DNA of 63,760 nucleotides, filler included, from Reticulomyxa filosa (GCA_000512085.1; 19 parts of 19 records of this genome joined end to end with filler, not necessarily neighbours in it); one strand, 5' to 3'; positions 1 to 13,085 are shown, counted from the whole stretch's first letter. Notes: generated by a model not told the origin, from the sequence alone. Made by a program: numbers and translations.

Positions 1-20
1 ATCACCGTAAATATTTTTTT

Positions 21-757
21 TTAAAAAAAGTCTTTGAATGTATACGTACACACAGAATACCAAACATGAGCAGGCCCTGTATATATCATGACGAAATTAT
101 TTTGATCCGAATACAATGTCAATTGCACCCATTGGCTTTCGGATGCAAATAACGTGGCGTTTGCATAAAAATAATATGAAGAGTTTGGGCTATACGTTGT
201 CGTCGTTGTTGGTACGTCACTACTACAAGTTAGAAGAGACACAATTGTGCTGCTTCGGTCTTCATGATAACCCAGCGTTGCAGATTGTCTGTATGCAAAG
301 ATAATTGGAATCGTAGTGTAATTACTGTTCCCAAAATTATAGTAATGTGCACTGTATAAGTTTATTGCACGTTGCAAACGCATCTTCCTCGTGCTCCCGT
401 TATTCACTAGATCATCACTCAGCAATGTCACTGTATTGTTTAACAACACACCTTCTTGCTCATTGTCCAACATTCTTTCTGTTACATCTCCATATCCATT
501 GATTATTATCGCGTATGTCCCATTCATTATTTCACTTCCAAAGTCAATTCCATACCTTTTTTTTTTGTTTTTGGAGTGTAGATACACCACAAAGATTGTG
601 TAAATTCTTTTGCACTTGCAACTTACCACACACTTGCTGGGCCTGCGTATGTCAGTAGTAGTGCGTTGTTGTTTGGATAAAGAACCAATTCCATCCATTT
701 ATTGATGTAAGAAAATAAAGTGACATTTACAAAGTAGCAATCTGTTGAATATGCCAT
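21..757 (-). CDS. Protein with tandem DOMON-like beta-sandwich domains; partial, spliced (intron ~556-626)
   Basis: Exon 1 (..LVLYPNNNALLLTYAGPASVW) joins YGIDFGSEIMNGTYAII via a GT..AG intron. A second unit (YANATLF..WVQLTLYSDQNNFVMIYTGPAHVW) repeats the first. The W-[YF]-G-I-x-F-G...M pattern is DOMON-like. Confidence 0.55.
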
Positions 758-1623
758 TGATCAAACTTTGCTCTTAGATATTCTTACCGAGAGTTTTTCC
801 TCTGCTTATACGGGTGTGAACAGTGTCTGGCACTATTAAATGTCAATTATCTTTGTACAATAATAAAAAAAGAAATCTAAAACGGTGTTATTTTCCGAAA
901 GTATCAATAAACATTCAATCAGTTAGATTGTTTCGTTTGTGCATGATAACTAAGCTTTTCCAGTCTTAATAATTTCTTGCAAATTTTCTTTGTTGTAGGC
1001 AGTTCTTAAAGAATAAAAAACGCATTTTTAAACGCCAAGAAAAGATTGAAAATTTCATGATAAATATGAAATATCGCATATTTTCAATTGCTTCATTTTG
1101 TGCAGATAGCCAGATATCACTGTCTTTGACGATATCCTTAAAATTGCATAAGTATAAATTGTTTTTAATTTGTATTTTTACATTACAAAGCTGATGTACG
1201 CTGCAATCTTATAACTTTGAATATTTGTTAGCATAATTGACTACAAAAAAAAAGCTAATAAAATTACACTTGAAATAATTGATATTTTTTCAGGAAAAAA
1301 TAACATTTAAAAACGTCTTTTGAACCATACCCACAAGTTTATAAGCTGACTAAGAAGATAGTTGTTCTAATAGAGAATACTATTTGTGTATTTTTTATCT
1401 CAAAATCTGCACAATGAAGAAAGCTCTTTGTTTAATTAAAGCATAAGTACACTAATTTACATTTCAAAAAGAAGACATTTGCCAAATGAAAGGAAAATAA
1501 ATGCAATCACAGAACAAATTGTAATTATTCGATTATGTTTTTAGAAAGACCAATTTTTATTATTATTAAAAAAAAAGTCATTTAAAAACCAGTAAAAATT
1601 TCAAACAAAAAAGATTAAAAAAC

Positions 1624-2967
1624 CTAATTCAAGAAAGTTCTACAATCAATTTTTAAAGTTTGACTGAAAAAATAGAAAGCGTATTCATCATTGGTTTTTA
1701 ACTCTTCTAACGATCTTCCTTTCAGGTCCATGGACAGACGCCTTCGAAATTTTCGACACAGTTCCCGCAATTGCTGGAAATTACCAACCCTTTCAATATC
1801 CGGAAACAAATTATGTTTCATCATCAACAAATGAAATTGCACCGTGTTGCGAATCTCGGACCATGAGTTGCTATCAAGAAAAGTACTTTTCCAAGCGTTG
1901 TTCAAACGAGAAGTATCATTTTGACCTGCACAAAAGACATGATTGATAGCTAATTCGCTGCCATACAAAGAGCTGACGCCTTGATGCCAATCTGGCCACG
2001 TGCAAACATGCCCAAGGGCAATGACTTCTTTTTTGCATACAGACTCAGTAAACTCTTGCTCAAATACGTACTGCGTAAAATTGAGGGTGTAATGTACCAG
2101 CTCCAAAAATTGATTGGTGTGTACGTACCAAGTACTTTGCATTCCGTGTACGTTACATGTTTTCGTGTGCAGCTTTTCTCTGGCAATAGTTTCCAATCTT
2201 TCATGCGTGAACGGTTGTCCCATGTAACCATCACCAAACGCATACTGATACGGAGGGATCCATAGTAATACGTTTGGAGTCACCACTGCGTCCATATCTG
2301 TGCGCAGGACATAGTCATAATGCGAGATTATTCTGGGCACTGGGAACTCAGATAAGAATTGCAAACTTGTCAAAAATGGATAGTGATATCTCATACTGCG
2401 ACCTACGTATTCGTCGTCCAATTGATGCCAAAAACAGTATCCCTTCATTTCATTTGTATACGTCCCAATGTCCTCTTTGGATATTAAAAAACTATCCAAC
2501 AATGGCTCGTGGCATTCTGTCACACTTTGCACGGTTGCGCAAGCTTTTGGCTCACAAAAGATTATCAAATCCAATATGACTCGATAACCATTGTCTGGGA
2601 CACCGATTAACGGATGCTGTGACAATGGCTCTGGTTTTGTCAATAGCGACGTTACATATTGCCATGATGCGTACATCATCGCAATAAACTCTTCTCGGTC
2701 CCATTCACGTTCTGACAACTCCACTGCTATCAAGGTGCGATATTTTGTCTTTGTTATCTTTGTTGTCTTTGCTGTCTTGGGCTCAACCACAATTCTTGTA
2801 AGTACCGAGTTGTCGTAGTAAGTTGTTAACATAATATGAGTTATCACATGAATAAATATTGTAGCACCAATCATAATCATTATTAACAGTGCGCGCAATA
2901 GTTTTTTTCCTTGTTGAATCGTGATCAGCAGAGACAAAAGTACTTTGTGTGGTTGGCTTGTCTTCAT
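1624..2967 (-). CDS. Type II membrane protein, putative GT-A-fold glycosyltransferase-like
   Basis: 447-aa uninterrupted ORF with one N-terminal TM segment, a YDYVLRTDMD (DxD) motif and WPDWHQGVSSLYGSELAINH. Confidence 0.6.
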   Translation of the reverse strand: MKTSQPHKVLLSLLITIQQGKKLLRALLIMIMIGATIFIHVITHIMLTTYYDNSVLTRIVVEPKTAKTTKITKTKYRTLIAVELSEREWDREEFIAMMYASWQYVTSLLTKPEPLSQHPLIGVPDNGYRVILDLIIFCEPKACATVQSVTECHEPLLDSFLISKEDIGTYTNEMKGYCFWHQLDDEYVGRSMRYHYPFLTSLQFLSEFPVPRIISHYDYVLRTDMDAVVTPNVLLWIPPYQYAFGDGYMGQPFTHERLETIAREKLHTKTCNVHGMQSTWYVHTNQFLELVHYTLNFTQYVFEQEFTESVCKKEVIALGHVCTWPDWHQGVSSLYGSELAINHVFCAGQNDTSRLNNAWKSTFLDSNSWSEIRNTVQFHLLMMKHNLFPDIERVGNFQQLRELCRKFRRRLSMDLKGRSLEELKTNDEYAFYFFSQTLKIDCRTFLN

Positions 2968-3602
2968 GATATGAAAATAATGCTGGGGATCTCAAGAAAC
3001 CACATTAACTCTGTTTCCGTTTTTTTTGGGGGGTCGAAAAGTAATCTTAACAACACTCACATTCATCACAAGAGCTAACCAAAAAAAAAAAAAAGCGAAT
3101 AAACGAGTTTAAAGAAAGAGACAGAAGCATTAATCTTTCTAAGTATGAAATGCTTTAAGTATAAAAACATTCGCTCCCTAACAATAAGATGTGCTAAATC
3201 GACAGACAAACTTTTCAAAAGGTTCAACCAACAACAGAAAAGATCGGTTCGGTTAGGCCGCGCATGATGTCGGCGTCAGATTATACTTCAACTTCTCCAA
3301 AAGATAGAGCAGGTTAAATCTATTTGGCCTATTTAAAATGGACAACTGACAAAAGAAGCCTTTTGGTACTGAAAAAGAAAAAGTTTGGGGTGATGCGTGA
3401 AAAAAAAATGACATCTGTGTCATCTTTGAAAATGGAAAAAAATCAAAATCAATTAATAGAAGCGAGCAAATCAAAAAAACAAGCAACCAATCAGCAAGAA
3501 AAAAAAGACTCTCGTCCAATCAAAAACGAGATGAATCCAATGGGAGCAACCCCATTGAATGGGTCAATTCAACTGCAATTACTAGCCATCAACTCGGTAA
3601 AA

Positions 3603-3702
3603 NNNNNNNNNNNNNNNNNNNNNNNNNNNNNNNNNNNNNNNNNNNNTTAATTAATTAANNNNNNNNNNNNNNNNNNNNNNNNNNNNNNNNNNNNNNNNNN
3701 NN
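3603..3702. other. Artificial contig-joining spacer (N44-TTAATTAATTAA-N44). Identical spacers also start at 5959, 7798, 10500, 12597, 14127, 15972, 19195, 20311, 22176, 43102, 44663, 45823, 47812, 49495, 56294, 59024 and 61677
   Basis: 18 identical 100-nt blocks. The 12-mer puts TAA stops in all six frames, as in standard pseudomolecule linkers. Confidence 0.98.
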
Positions 3703-4011
3703 CATTCATTGTAATTATTTAATATATTACTCCAAACACTTACATATTTCATCACCAGTGTGTATTTATTCATTCCAAACGAAGAAGATCCAAAAGATAA
3801 TAAAGTAATATGATTAACAGTGCCCATGTAATTGAACATGACTTGGATACTTACAGATAAACTTGTATTCGTTTTTAAGTGTATGATAAGAATAGCAAGT
3901 TCTTTCGTCTTTACCTCCACAAATGAGGATTTCGTGTTTGTATCGCACACATTGAGGTAGAGAAAGTGGAATGGGCAGCTCCATCAAAGTTTGAAAGGTT
4001 TGATTGCTCAT
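3703..4011 (-). pseudogene. Kelch-like beta-propeller family fragment, frameshifted and truncated by the contig end
   Basis: LPIPLSLPQCVRYKHEILICGG..CYSYH..GHC ends in a stop, and ITLLSFG..TLVMKYVSVWSN continues in another frame. Confidence 0.6.
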
Positions 4012-4594
4012 GTTGTTAATGTTGAGAAACTATGATGTAGTTTAGATTTTTTTAAAAGGGGAAGTACATGAAAAAGGTCGTCCTTTCAAAATTTTTTGGA
4101 ATAAAATGACTTAGAAAAACAAAGATATGATTTTTGATTTAAAAATTGCAATATAAGCTTAGGTTTAAATAAATTACTTTGTTCACATTAATGACTTTGT
4201 TTGTAGAAGTTATCAATTTGTTAGAATTTGGAACATTAGATAACAAACTAAGCTTTTGTTGATTTAAATATAAGAGAAACGGAAATAATAAGATTGTTTT
4301 GATAGATGTTGTTCTTTGTTTGGAACAGTCCAAAACGATGTGATAAAGAAGTGAAAGCCACAAAAAAGAAAAATGTTGTTTGCGGTCACATCATTTATCT
4401 TCTAAATAGCTTCAAAAAATATTGCAATTGGAATTTAAATAAGAAGGTTTGCTGAACTCCTTTTCATTAAAAAGCATATCACATTCCAAATTTTAATATA
4501 ATTAAATTGGAAAATAACAATCAAAGGAAATTTTTATTTATGCTTTTCAATTCACAAAAAATTTAAGTAACTTCAAAAAAAAATCAATCTATCT

Positions 4595-5958
4595 TCATCC
4601 CCAAACACCAATTAAACCCTTCGTTGAACCATAACAGAGATTCACATAAATATCACAATTTGATTTTTGTTCATTGTTATTTACCTTCTTTTTCAATTCC
4701 ATAAATTTTAAACATAATACATGGCTATCTACTTTCGTTACATGCAATTCCTTTTTAATTGATCGAATATCCCAAAATCTAATTGTATTATCTATTGATC
4801 CAGAACATATCACATTTGAGTTACCAATACTATTCTTTATTACAAATGGTGAATATTCAACAGACAATACTTGATCTGTATGCCCATTGAACACTTGAAT
4901 CCGTTTACCAGATCGAATATCCCACAAACGAACACTTTTATCTCTTGATCCAGATAATATTGTATTTAATAATTCACTTGATCCGTATTTTACACTCCTC
5001 ACAGTACTTTTATGTCCTTTGAATGCATTCAGTTGTTTGGTTGTTTCAATATCCCATATCCGAATGGTTTTATCCCATGATCCAGAACAAATTGTATATC
5101 CATTTCCACCAATCACACCAATATTATTCATTTTATCATTATTATTGCTTTGTAATGGTGAAATATCAACACACAAGATACCATATTCATGTCCATTGAA
5201 AACATGTAATGTTTTTGATGTTTCAACATCCCATAAACGAATTGTATTGTCATCAGATCCAGAACATAAATATCTACCACCAGTAAATGGTGAAAATTTA
5301 ATACTATTAACACCACCAGTGTTTCCATTGAATATTTGTAATTGTTTATTATATTTGAAATCCCAAAAACGAATGGTATTGTCAAATGATGAAGAACAAA
5401 TGACATTTTGTCGATGATTATGATAATGATATGATGAAAATTTCACACAATACACATAATTTGAATGTCCATTGAATGTTTGAATTTGTTTGTTGTTATC
5501 AACATCCCATACACGAACTGTTTTATCAGTTGATCCGGAACAAATGAATTGACAATCATCAAATGTTGAGTAATCAATACTCCACACATCCATTGTATGT
5601 CCGGTGAATGTATTGATTAATCTGGATGATGAGCAAAACAAATCAAAAGCGATAATTGAAGATGATAAAGTAGAGGACTGATTAATTTCTTTTTTGCTTG
5701 TTTCTTTGTGTTGATTATTTAATTTTTGAATTAATTGTTCATAACCTTGAGTTAATTTGACATTCTTTTCTTCCAATGATTTGACAATTTTTTCGTGATT
5801 AGATAAAACCTGTTTTTCTTTATCAATGAAATTTTTCTTAATCATTTCAACATCTGCACGATACTTGAGCAATTCTTGTTGAGAATCTCTTTCCATTTGT
5901 TTAATTCGGCTATCTTTCAATTGAATTTCTTGTTTCATAGACTCGAATAATTGATTAA
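4595..5958 (-). CDS. Coiled-coil plus WD40-repeat protein (5' partial)
   Basis: About 7 repeats of GH..V..V.xS....ICSGSxDxTIRxWD after an N-terminal coiled coil. Confidence 0.92.
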
Positions 5959-6178
5959 NNNNNNNNNNNNNNNNNNNNNNNNNNNNNNNNNNNNNNNNNN
6001 NNTTAATTAATTAANNNNNNNNNNNNNNNNNNNNNNNNNNNNNNNNNNNNNNNNNNNNAAAAACTCATTTTTCATCAATATCAAAGGTCTGCTTTTCAAG
6101 AAATAAATTTATTTTTTAATTGATTTGATCATTTCATTTTCAATCATCAAAATACTTTGAAAGTATGCAAGGAAAAAA

Positions 6179-7740
6179 TTAGACTGAAGAATTATGCTTC
6201 GGCATTCCAACAATCACGATCATGAGTAAAGAGATGAGAACCATGAATACAAAAGCGACAAGTAAAGCATGCAATGGATCATCACCAACTTTTAAAAACG
6301 AAAAGAAAAGATTATAAAGAAAGTTTGGAGTACCGCGTTGAAGAGACTGTGCTGTCTGAATTTTTTTTTGAACTTCGAAAAAAATTTCCTTCCTCAGTTC
6401 CAAAACGTGATGATAAAATTGTCGGGTCACTTCGTCACTGAAGCCATATTCATCATAAATTTGTTTCCGAATCCAAGAATACGTCAACTGTGCAAGAGTG
6501 TTCATATCGATTTGTTCTTTGACCATCACACGTTCCAGCTGTGATAATCCGCAGTCTTTTAAAAATTTCCGCACATGTGGATCACATCCGCTCCTATGAT
6601 ACAGCCAAACAAACACAACAAAATCATATCAGCAAACATTGATCAATAGACAGTACGAATTGAACAAGCAGCCTCCCCCCCCTCTCACCGTAGAGATTGA
6701 GAAGACAGATGATTGGATTTGGGGAGGTTTGTGTTTGAGACGGGAGTATTGCAGAAGTGGAGTCTGACTGTGAGGAGGACAAAGTGGAAAAAGAAGAGCA
6801 CGACGAAGAAGAAGAAGCAGACACGTGAGACTGCTCCAAAAAAGTAGAGTCTGGTCTGTTAAGTGACAGCTGCCGCTGTTGATCCCAAATCTGGATCAAT
6901 TTTTGCTGATCTCTTTTTGGATTATTGGCCCATGTGTCATTCGCATTTGTTTTTCATTAATATTGCTATAATCATTATCATCATCGTCATCATCATCGCT
7001 ATCAGCAATACTACCACTTTTGTCATGGCCATAATCTTGTTCATTGACGATAGACCAATTGTCAAGCATTTGCAATAGCGTGCTTTTCTTTAAGTCTAAA
7101 AACTGTGAAATGCTCAAACGATGAGAATCCAAGAGCAAACGGACGACCGTTGACACAAATGCCTTGTCCAAGTCATGTTCAATCAACCATTGTTTCCACT
7201 TTTGCTTTTCATTCCGCGAGTTCTTTTTGAATTTGTTTCGTTGTTTCATTATCTCCTTTTGCAGTTGCAGCTCTTCTTTCATCTGTTCCTCTTTTTCCTT
7301 TTCCTTTACTAGCACTTCCACGCCGCATTCGTTGGGCGTTTTCCCATTTTCGTCGCAAATGTTTGTCTCAGCTTTGTAATGTTTCAACAACACATGATAT
7401 CCATTATCATTATCATTACTGTTGTCATTGACATTGGCATTGTTATCTTGCATTGCATTCTTATGCTCTTCCTTCTCTTCTTCTTCTTCGCTATCGATGC
7501 CATGATCGTGTTCATTGCCATCCTCGTCACGGTACTGGGACGAATGAAGGGGATATAAGGTGTGGATCAAATGGGCGACTGTTTGTCCGTGGCTATTGAT
7601 TTGGTTAATATTCGACCCCATCTCCAACAGCGCGTATGTCATTTCCAAGTTGTCCAGTTCGATGCTCCGCCACAACGGGGTATGTTGTTGGCTGTCCACC
7701 CCATTCAGCAAATCCATTATTTCCTCTTTCCATTCATTTC
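6179..7740 (-). CDS. Ankyrin + SAM-like domains + C-terminal TM anchor; probably one gene (intron(s) plus a frame break near 6900-6920)
   Basis: TPLWRSIELDNLEMTYALLEMGSNIN (ANK). VRKFLKDCGLSQLERVMVKEQIDMNTLAQLT is SAM-like. The hydrophobic tail is ALLVAFVFMVLISLLMIVIVG. Three ORFs abut on the same strand. Confidence 0.6.
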
Positions 7741-7897
7741 ACATATAAGTATATATGTGAAATGTAATATATACTATATATATACTATATATATATANNN
7801 NNNNNNNNNNNNNNNNNNNNNNNNNNNNNNNNNNNNNNNNNTTAATTAATTAANNNNNNNNNNNNNNNNNNNNNNNNNNNNNNNNNNNNNNNNNNNN

Positions 7898-8790
7898 TAT
7901 AAAATCATTACAAATATGTTCATAATAATGTAGAAATCTAATATAAGTGCAAACTTGTATTGTGTTATCTTTATCATATTTAATATGTAATACTGTATTT
8001 TATTATTATTCTTCTAGCTGAAAATTAATTAATAGCAATTTCGTATTTTCATTGTCATTATTATTGCTATTATTATCCATTATCATTGCGTCATAACTGA
8101 ATTGTCCAATCCTTCGAACATGACCATACATCTCAAAAATCACAATTGAATAAGATTTTAGATTCATTTGTGAAAATTAAACACAAAATGTTTGAATTGT
8201 TTAGAGACAATGACTGCAATTATACCTTTGGAATGTCCTTCCAAATAAGCGTATTCAGAATTTCATCAAATCCACCGACAATAAATACAAATGATACTTT
8301 TTCACCAATTACGTCAATAATTTCTTTATTCACATATGTGCCTTGTGATGCTTGCAAAATGATATCTGTTTCATTTTGTTTATTATAGATTGTTGGTAAT
8401 GAAATGTAAATAGGAATATGTTGTTTTAAATCAGATTCATGATCATTCCACATATGTTTCTTCTAAATGTCGACAAAATATACTTTTTCGTGATCCTGAT
8501 TTTCCTTGAAATATCATTTCGTTTCTTTGTTGTTATTTCAATTTTTTTTTTTTTTTCTTTCAAAAATGTTGTTACATATTCAGACAGTCATATGTTTCTT
8601 GTTTTTGATTATCATTCATTATCATTCATATGTGGATAAGTATTAGCTTATAGTGGGAATATATGCTTCAAGTGCTTGTGATATAATAATATTTTCATAT
8701 GCTATTTTTTTTTTTTTTTTTTGTCTCCTTGTTTCTTGTAATAATAATGCAAACTGGATTCTTATCTCCCAATAATATGTTTTTTATAGT
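7898..8790 (-). pseudogene. Decayed NACHT/STAND NTPase gene
   Basis: Minus-strand MIFQGKSGSRKSIFCRHLEE (Walker A with G>R, ~8460-8520) and FVFIVGGFDEI (Walker B-like), plus SQALEAYIP near 8660. Several stops and frameshifts. Confidence 0.7.
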
Positions 8791-9871
8791 ACTCATCATA
8801 AAATTTGCATAAATAGCTTTTCCTTTTATTTTCCCTGAAATAAATTCACAAATTTTGTTTATGTACAAATTGTGCTATTTTTAATGATATATCGTTATTA
8901 ATTTCTATTTCGCTTTTTTTTTATATAATTGTGGTGGCATAAATATTCCAATATCTAAATGTGATTTATCACAATCTGCAATTTTTTTTTTTTGTATTCC
9001 TTTATCGCGTCAATCCATTCACAAATAATATCATTAATTTTAGTCAATGTTTGATCACTTGCTTGTTTTAAATCTTCTTCTACTTGTTGTTGTTGTGATA
9101 AAGTATTTGACTACATTGATATTTTCATCCAGCGAAATATCCATATCAAATACCCAATTCGGATATACTTTGAATATTTGGGTTGTATTTCCAAATGTTA
9201 CATCCAATGCTGAACTGTTTGGCTTTAGAATGCTATTGTCGTCGCCAACGCTCATTCCTCCACAGAGCTGTGCTTCTCCAAACTTTACTTTATTACAGAG
9301 TATTATCTTAGTCTAACTGCCTTACCTTTTTTTTTTTAGTATGACAATGGAGATGAAATCATGAAAAAGCCCCTTGGGAACGTTCGAACCTGTTTCGTAC
9401 AAACGTTGTGAGAAGATTATGAAGAGTTGAGTTTACATAGTTTGCCCTGCAACACAAGCCCGATTAAGTTTGTTTGGAGTAGAGAGCATTGAAAAAAAGA
9501 GCATTTTTGCAGAGTGTGTGAAAATTGTTTCACTTTGTTCAAGTTAACTTCAATTTACTTTGGTTCGATTGGGTGAAAATTAAACCAAAAAAAAAAAAAT
9601 GTTTGCTGTTTATGATGTAGTTGATGAGGATCCTCATTTTTTTTTTTTTTTTAAAACACGTTTGTAATTTCGCCAAAAAAAAAAAAAAAAAAAGGGACGA
9701 CGATAGAAAGAGAAAGAAAGAGAAGAGGATATGGTATAAATAGGTTAGATAGATTGATTGAGACAGAAGAATTGGCGAAAAAATGGATAGAAAGACAGGG
9801 ACGGAGGAGAATGTTTATTATGTATATGTGTAACATGCAAAGTGCAAAAGCTAAGAGAAGGGCCATTTACA

Positions 9872-10477
9872 TTACGTCGAAGTCTTTCTATTGAGAAAGG
9901 GGACGAATCTGGTGGCGCGTTTGAAAAAGCCGAGATTGCCCTGTTCTTTGCGGAGAGCTTCGGCTTCAGTTTTTGAAAACTTGCGATCGTCACTTCGGAC
10001 TTGTTCGTCGCTGGCAATTTGGCGTGCCTCCGCCCTTGGTCTCCAATAGTGATTTCCCCATTGGAATCGATAAGGATTCAAGTTGCATTCTCGGAACAGC
10101 CATTCCAATTGGAGTTGCATTAAATCCGGACAACGTGTTCCAGTCAAACGCAAGTCAAAGTCGATTCGTCTCGGTAGCATTTGTTTCTTCTCTTCCTTTT
10201 TCTTTTTCATTATCGCTGTTGTTGTTGTTGTTGTTTTTGTTGTTGTTGTTTCTCCTTCTCTTTCTTCTTCTTCTTCTTCTTCACCTTCTTCTTCTTCTTC
10301 ACCTTCGTCTTCGTCTTCGTCTTCAGCTTTGACTTCGGCGTCTTTCGCCTTTTGATGTGGTCTCACATAAAATGTCATTCGATAGATCCCTGCGTTTGGG
10401 ACTCGCTGCTTGCTCTCAGTGAATCTCTTTGTTTGGACAGACCCACCCGTCGAAAACCAATAAAAATACAAAAACAC
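9872..10477 (-). CDS. Hypothetical protein, 3' exon with an acidic/Thr low-complexity insert
   Basis: 201-aa ORF with ordered flanks around E/D/T runs, preceded by AT-rich intron-like sequence. Confidence 0.5.
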   Translation of the reverse strand: MFLYFYWFSTGGSVQTKRFTESKQRVPNAGIYRMTFYVRPHQKAKDAEVKAEDEDEDEGEEEEEGEEEEEEEREGETTTTKTTTTTTAIMKKKKEEKKQMLPRRIDFDLRLTGTRCPDLMQLQLEWLFRECNLNPYRFQWGNHYWRPRAEARQIASDEQVRSDDRKFSKTEAEALRKEQGNLGFFKRATRFVPFLNRKTST

Positions 10478-10599
10478 ATATACATTATATTATTAATAAN
10501 NNNNNNNNNNNNNNNNNNNNNNNNNNNNNNNNNNNNNNNNNNNTTAATTAATTAANNNNNNNNNNNNNNNNNNNNNNNNNNNNNNNNNNNNNNNNNNNN

Positions 10600-10604
10600 T
10601 TTTT

Positions 10605-10640
<36 letters not shown>

Positions 10641-10997
10641 TTTGATTGTATGTATGGTCATTGCTTTAGTTTGTTGACGATAACTGATGCACAACAAAAA
10701 CAAAATGGTTATTATTGGTGGTATGTACACAATCCCTCCATCCAATTTGAAAAATAGCTTCAATAGCAATTGTCCGGGATCCAGTATCACCAACAAGAAT
10801 AGTAGTGTGCATAGTTGTATCATACTCAAAATTGGGATACGTGAACTTACAAACGGATGATATGTTGCAATTATGTACAGTCGCAAGTTTAACAGTGCAA
10901 GTGGAAACAGCACACAAATATCCAAACCCAGCCACGCTAAACACACAAAATGATATACACTCCATTCAGAAGGCTCATTCACAGTGACACGCATCAT
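10600..10997 (-). CDS. Multi-pass membrane protein, N-terminal part
   Basis: Three hydrophobic segments; runs into the contig end. Confidence 0.45.
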
Positions 10998-11531
10998 GTC
11001 ACCAAATTGTAAACAGAGTAGAGCTCGTTCGGTTCTTTTTTCCCCCTACTTACGACGGGAAGCACACGTTAAGTCTTCGACAAACTTGTCTATTGTAGGC
11101 CATTGCTACTTCTTTTTGGAAGAGTTTAGAAAATGTTTAAGTTTTGTATTGCAGAAAATGTAGAGGTCATAAGAGTAGATTATTACTTAAATAATAGGAA
11201 GTAGTTGTTTTGAAAGGAAGAGTTATATTGCGCAATTTTAAAGTTGATAATAATCCATAAGGCATAACTTACACTACTTGAACATAAATAGTGTTTTTGT
11301 TTCTTTTTTTTACATACTACCCCAGTCGTTATGAACTGCTTTTTTAATTTGAAAAATTCCAAAGATCAACAAGGGATATTTTGATAAACAAGGATACTTC
11401 ACTGTTCACGAGAAAAGAACAAAATACAGCTAACAACCTTTTTTTTTTAAATGCTTCCTCAAATTTCACCTCACAAAATTTTTTGTTAAAAAAATTTCGT
11501 AACCCAACATTTTTGTACTTGATTGCAAAAA

Positions 11532-12550
11532 ATGTTGACATTGTCAACATTATCAAAGTTATCAGTTTTAGGTTTCATTGCCATTGCTGGTGTGGCAAAC
11601 TCGGAAGTGTCAGTAGCTGCCGAGTCAGGCGAAAGAGATGCTTGTGTTAAAAGCAGCCAAAAACTGAAATGTCCAGGAGAAGCAGCAGGATTTACGTGTG
11701 ACTTTGCATCACCATTTTCACAACGGAGCGGTGACCATTATTTTTGTGATGTTGATATCATTGATCCACACAAAGTCTCGTACGTCTAACTAAAAAAAAA
11801 AAGGGGGATAAAAACGTGTAATGCTATCCTTTTGTTTATTTGTTTGCACCTTTTTAATTAAATGATTTATGTAATTATTTATCTTTAATCCTCGCTTTAC
11901 AAAACATCCTATTCAAGTTGGAATGAGCTATTTTCTTTGAGTGATATCAAGTGCATGCATTCCATGCGTGTGTGTGTGTGTGTATACAAAAGGCACAGTA
12001 ATAACAACAGCAACACAAAAAACAGTGTGGATGAATTTCGGAGTCGGTATATGTTTCGCCAACCAGTATTATTGAATACAACATTGGCCGATTGGAGTGA
12101 GATTCGATTATGGATGCGTGATCAATTGGTGCATGATTATAGTGACTATGACTTTGAGGCAGGAAAATCTTTGGAGTTGGTGCTGAATAGTGGAATTGGC
12201 ACAACAAATGTAACGTTATCTGAATACCTTCGAAAGTACATGACCAATCGGACATCATTGTATCCAGAGGAACATTGCACCTGCAATTCAGCTATTGATG
12301 GCAACGAGGAGGGAGTTTCCGGCTGCAAAGCAGCAGCTGAGGCCAGTGAAAAGAAGCATTTGAATGGAACTCAAGAGCCAATCTACATCTTCGATCGAAG
12401 CATTTGGAGAAAAAAACAGGGATTTCAATTCGAGTATTTCAGGCCTTTACCCTATTTACATAACAATGAAGATGACTATGGAATTTTGTTTATTGGAGTC
12501 ACTGGTACCGGAGCAAGTTTTCATGGGCATGGCGAGACTTGGTGCGGTAT
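11532..12550 (+). CDS. Secreted JmjC/cupin protein, JMJD8-like (spliced, 3' partial)
   Basis: Signal-peptide-like N-terminus, then CDVDII, EFRSRYMFRQPVLL, VTLSEYL, PIYIFD and FIGVTGTGASFHGHGETW (HxH metal motif). Confidence 0.7.
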
Positions 12551-12558
12551 GCAATGTT

Positions 12559-12596
<38 letters not shown>

Positions 12597-12723
12597 NNNN
12601 NNNNNNNNNNNNNNNNNNNNNNNNNNNNNNNNNNNNNNNNTTAATTAATTAANNNNNNNNNNNNNNNNNNNNNNNNNNNNNNNNNNNNNNNNNNNNATAT
12701 ATATATTATAATAATAATAATGA

Positions 12724-13053
12724 AGACATCATTGTCGAGTATGTGGTAACATATTCTGTGAGCAGTGCTCGAGTTATTTGATTCCGATGAAGGGCTGTTC
12801 CAGAGGGATGATCGACCGCTTGTTGGAACGACGGAAGTCGCGGTTTTCGTATCTGTTTGAAAACCTGACCAGAAGACAGTTAAGCAAAAGCGTGGAGTCT
12901 TGGAAGGAAAGAGTCAGAACACCAAAAAAGGAGGACGAGCAAGAGGCAGGAGAGGATAATGTGGAAAAGGAAAAGGAAAAGGGAGAGGAAGAGGAGGAGG
13001 AAAAGAAGTATTCCCAACATGATAAAGAGAACAATAATAATAATAATAATAAC

Positions 13054-13085
<32 letters not shown>

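Noticed and set aside
3647-3658. Recurrent TTAATTAATTAA motif as a biological repeat or CRISPR-like array
   Set aside because: It is always centred in exactly 44+44 N, so it is an assembly linker. ORF tails such as XXX..LIN are artefacts.
9973-10555. Poly-Leu/Phe/Cys ORFs here and at 12774-13155
   Set aside because: They are antisense or off-frame readings of microsatellites.
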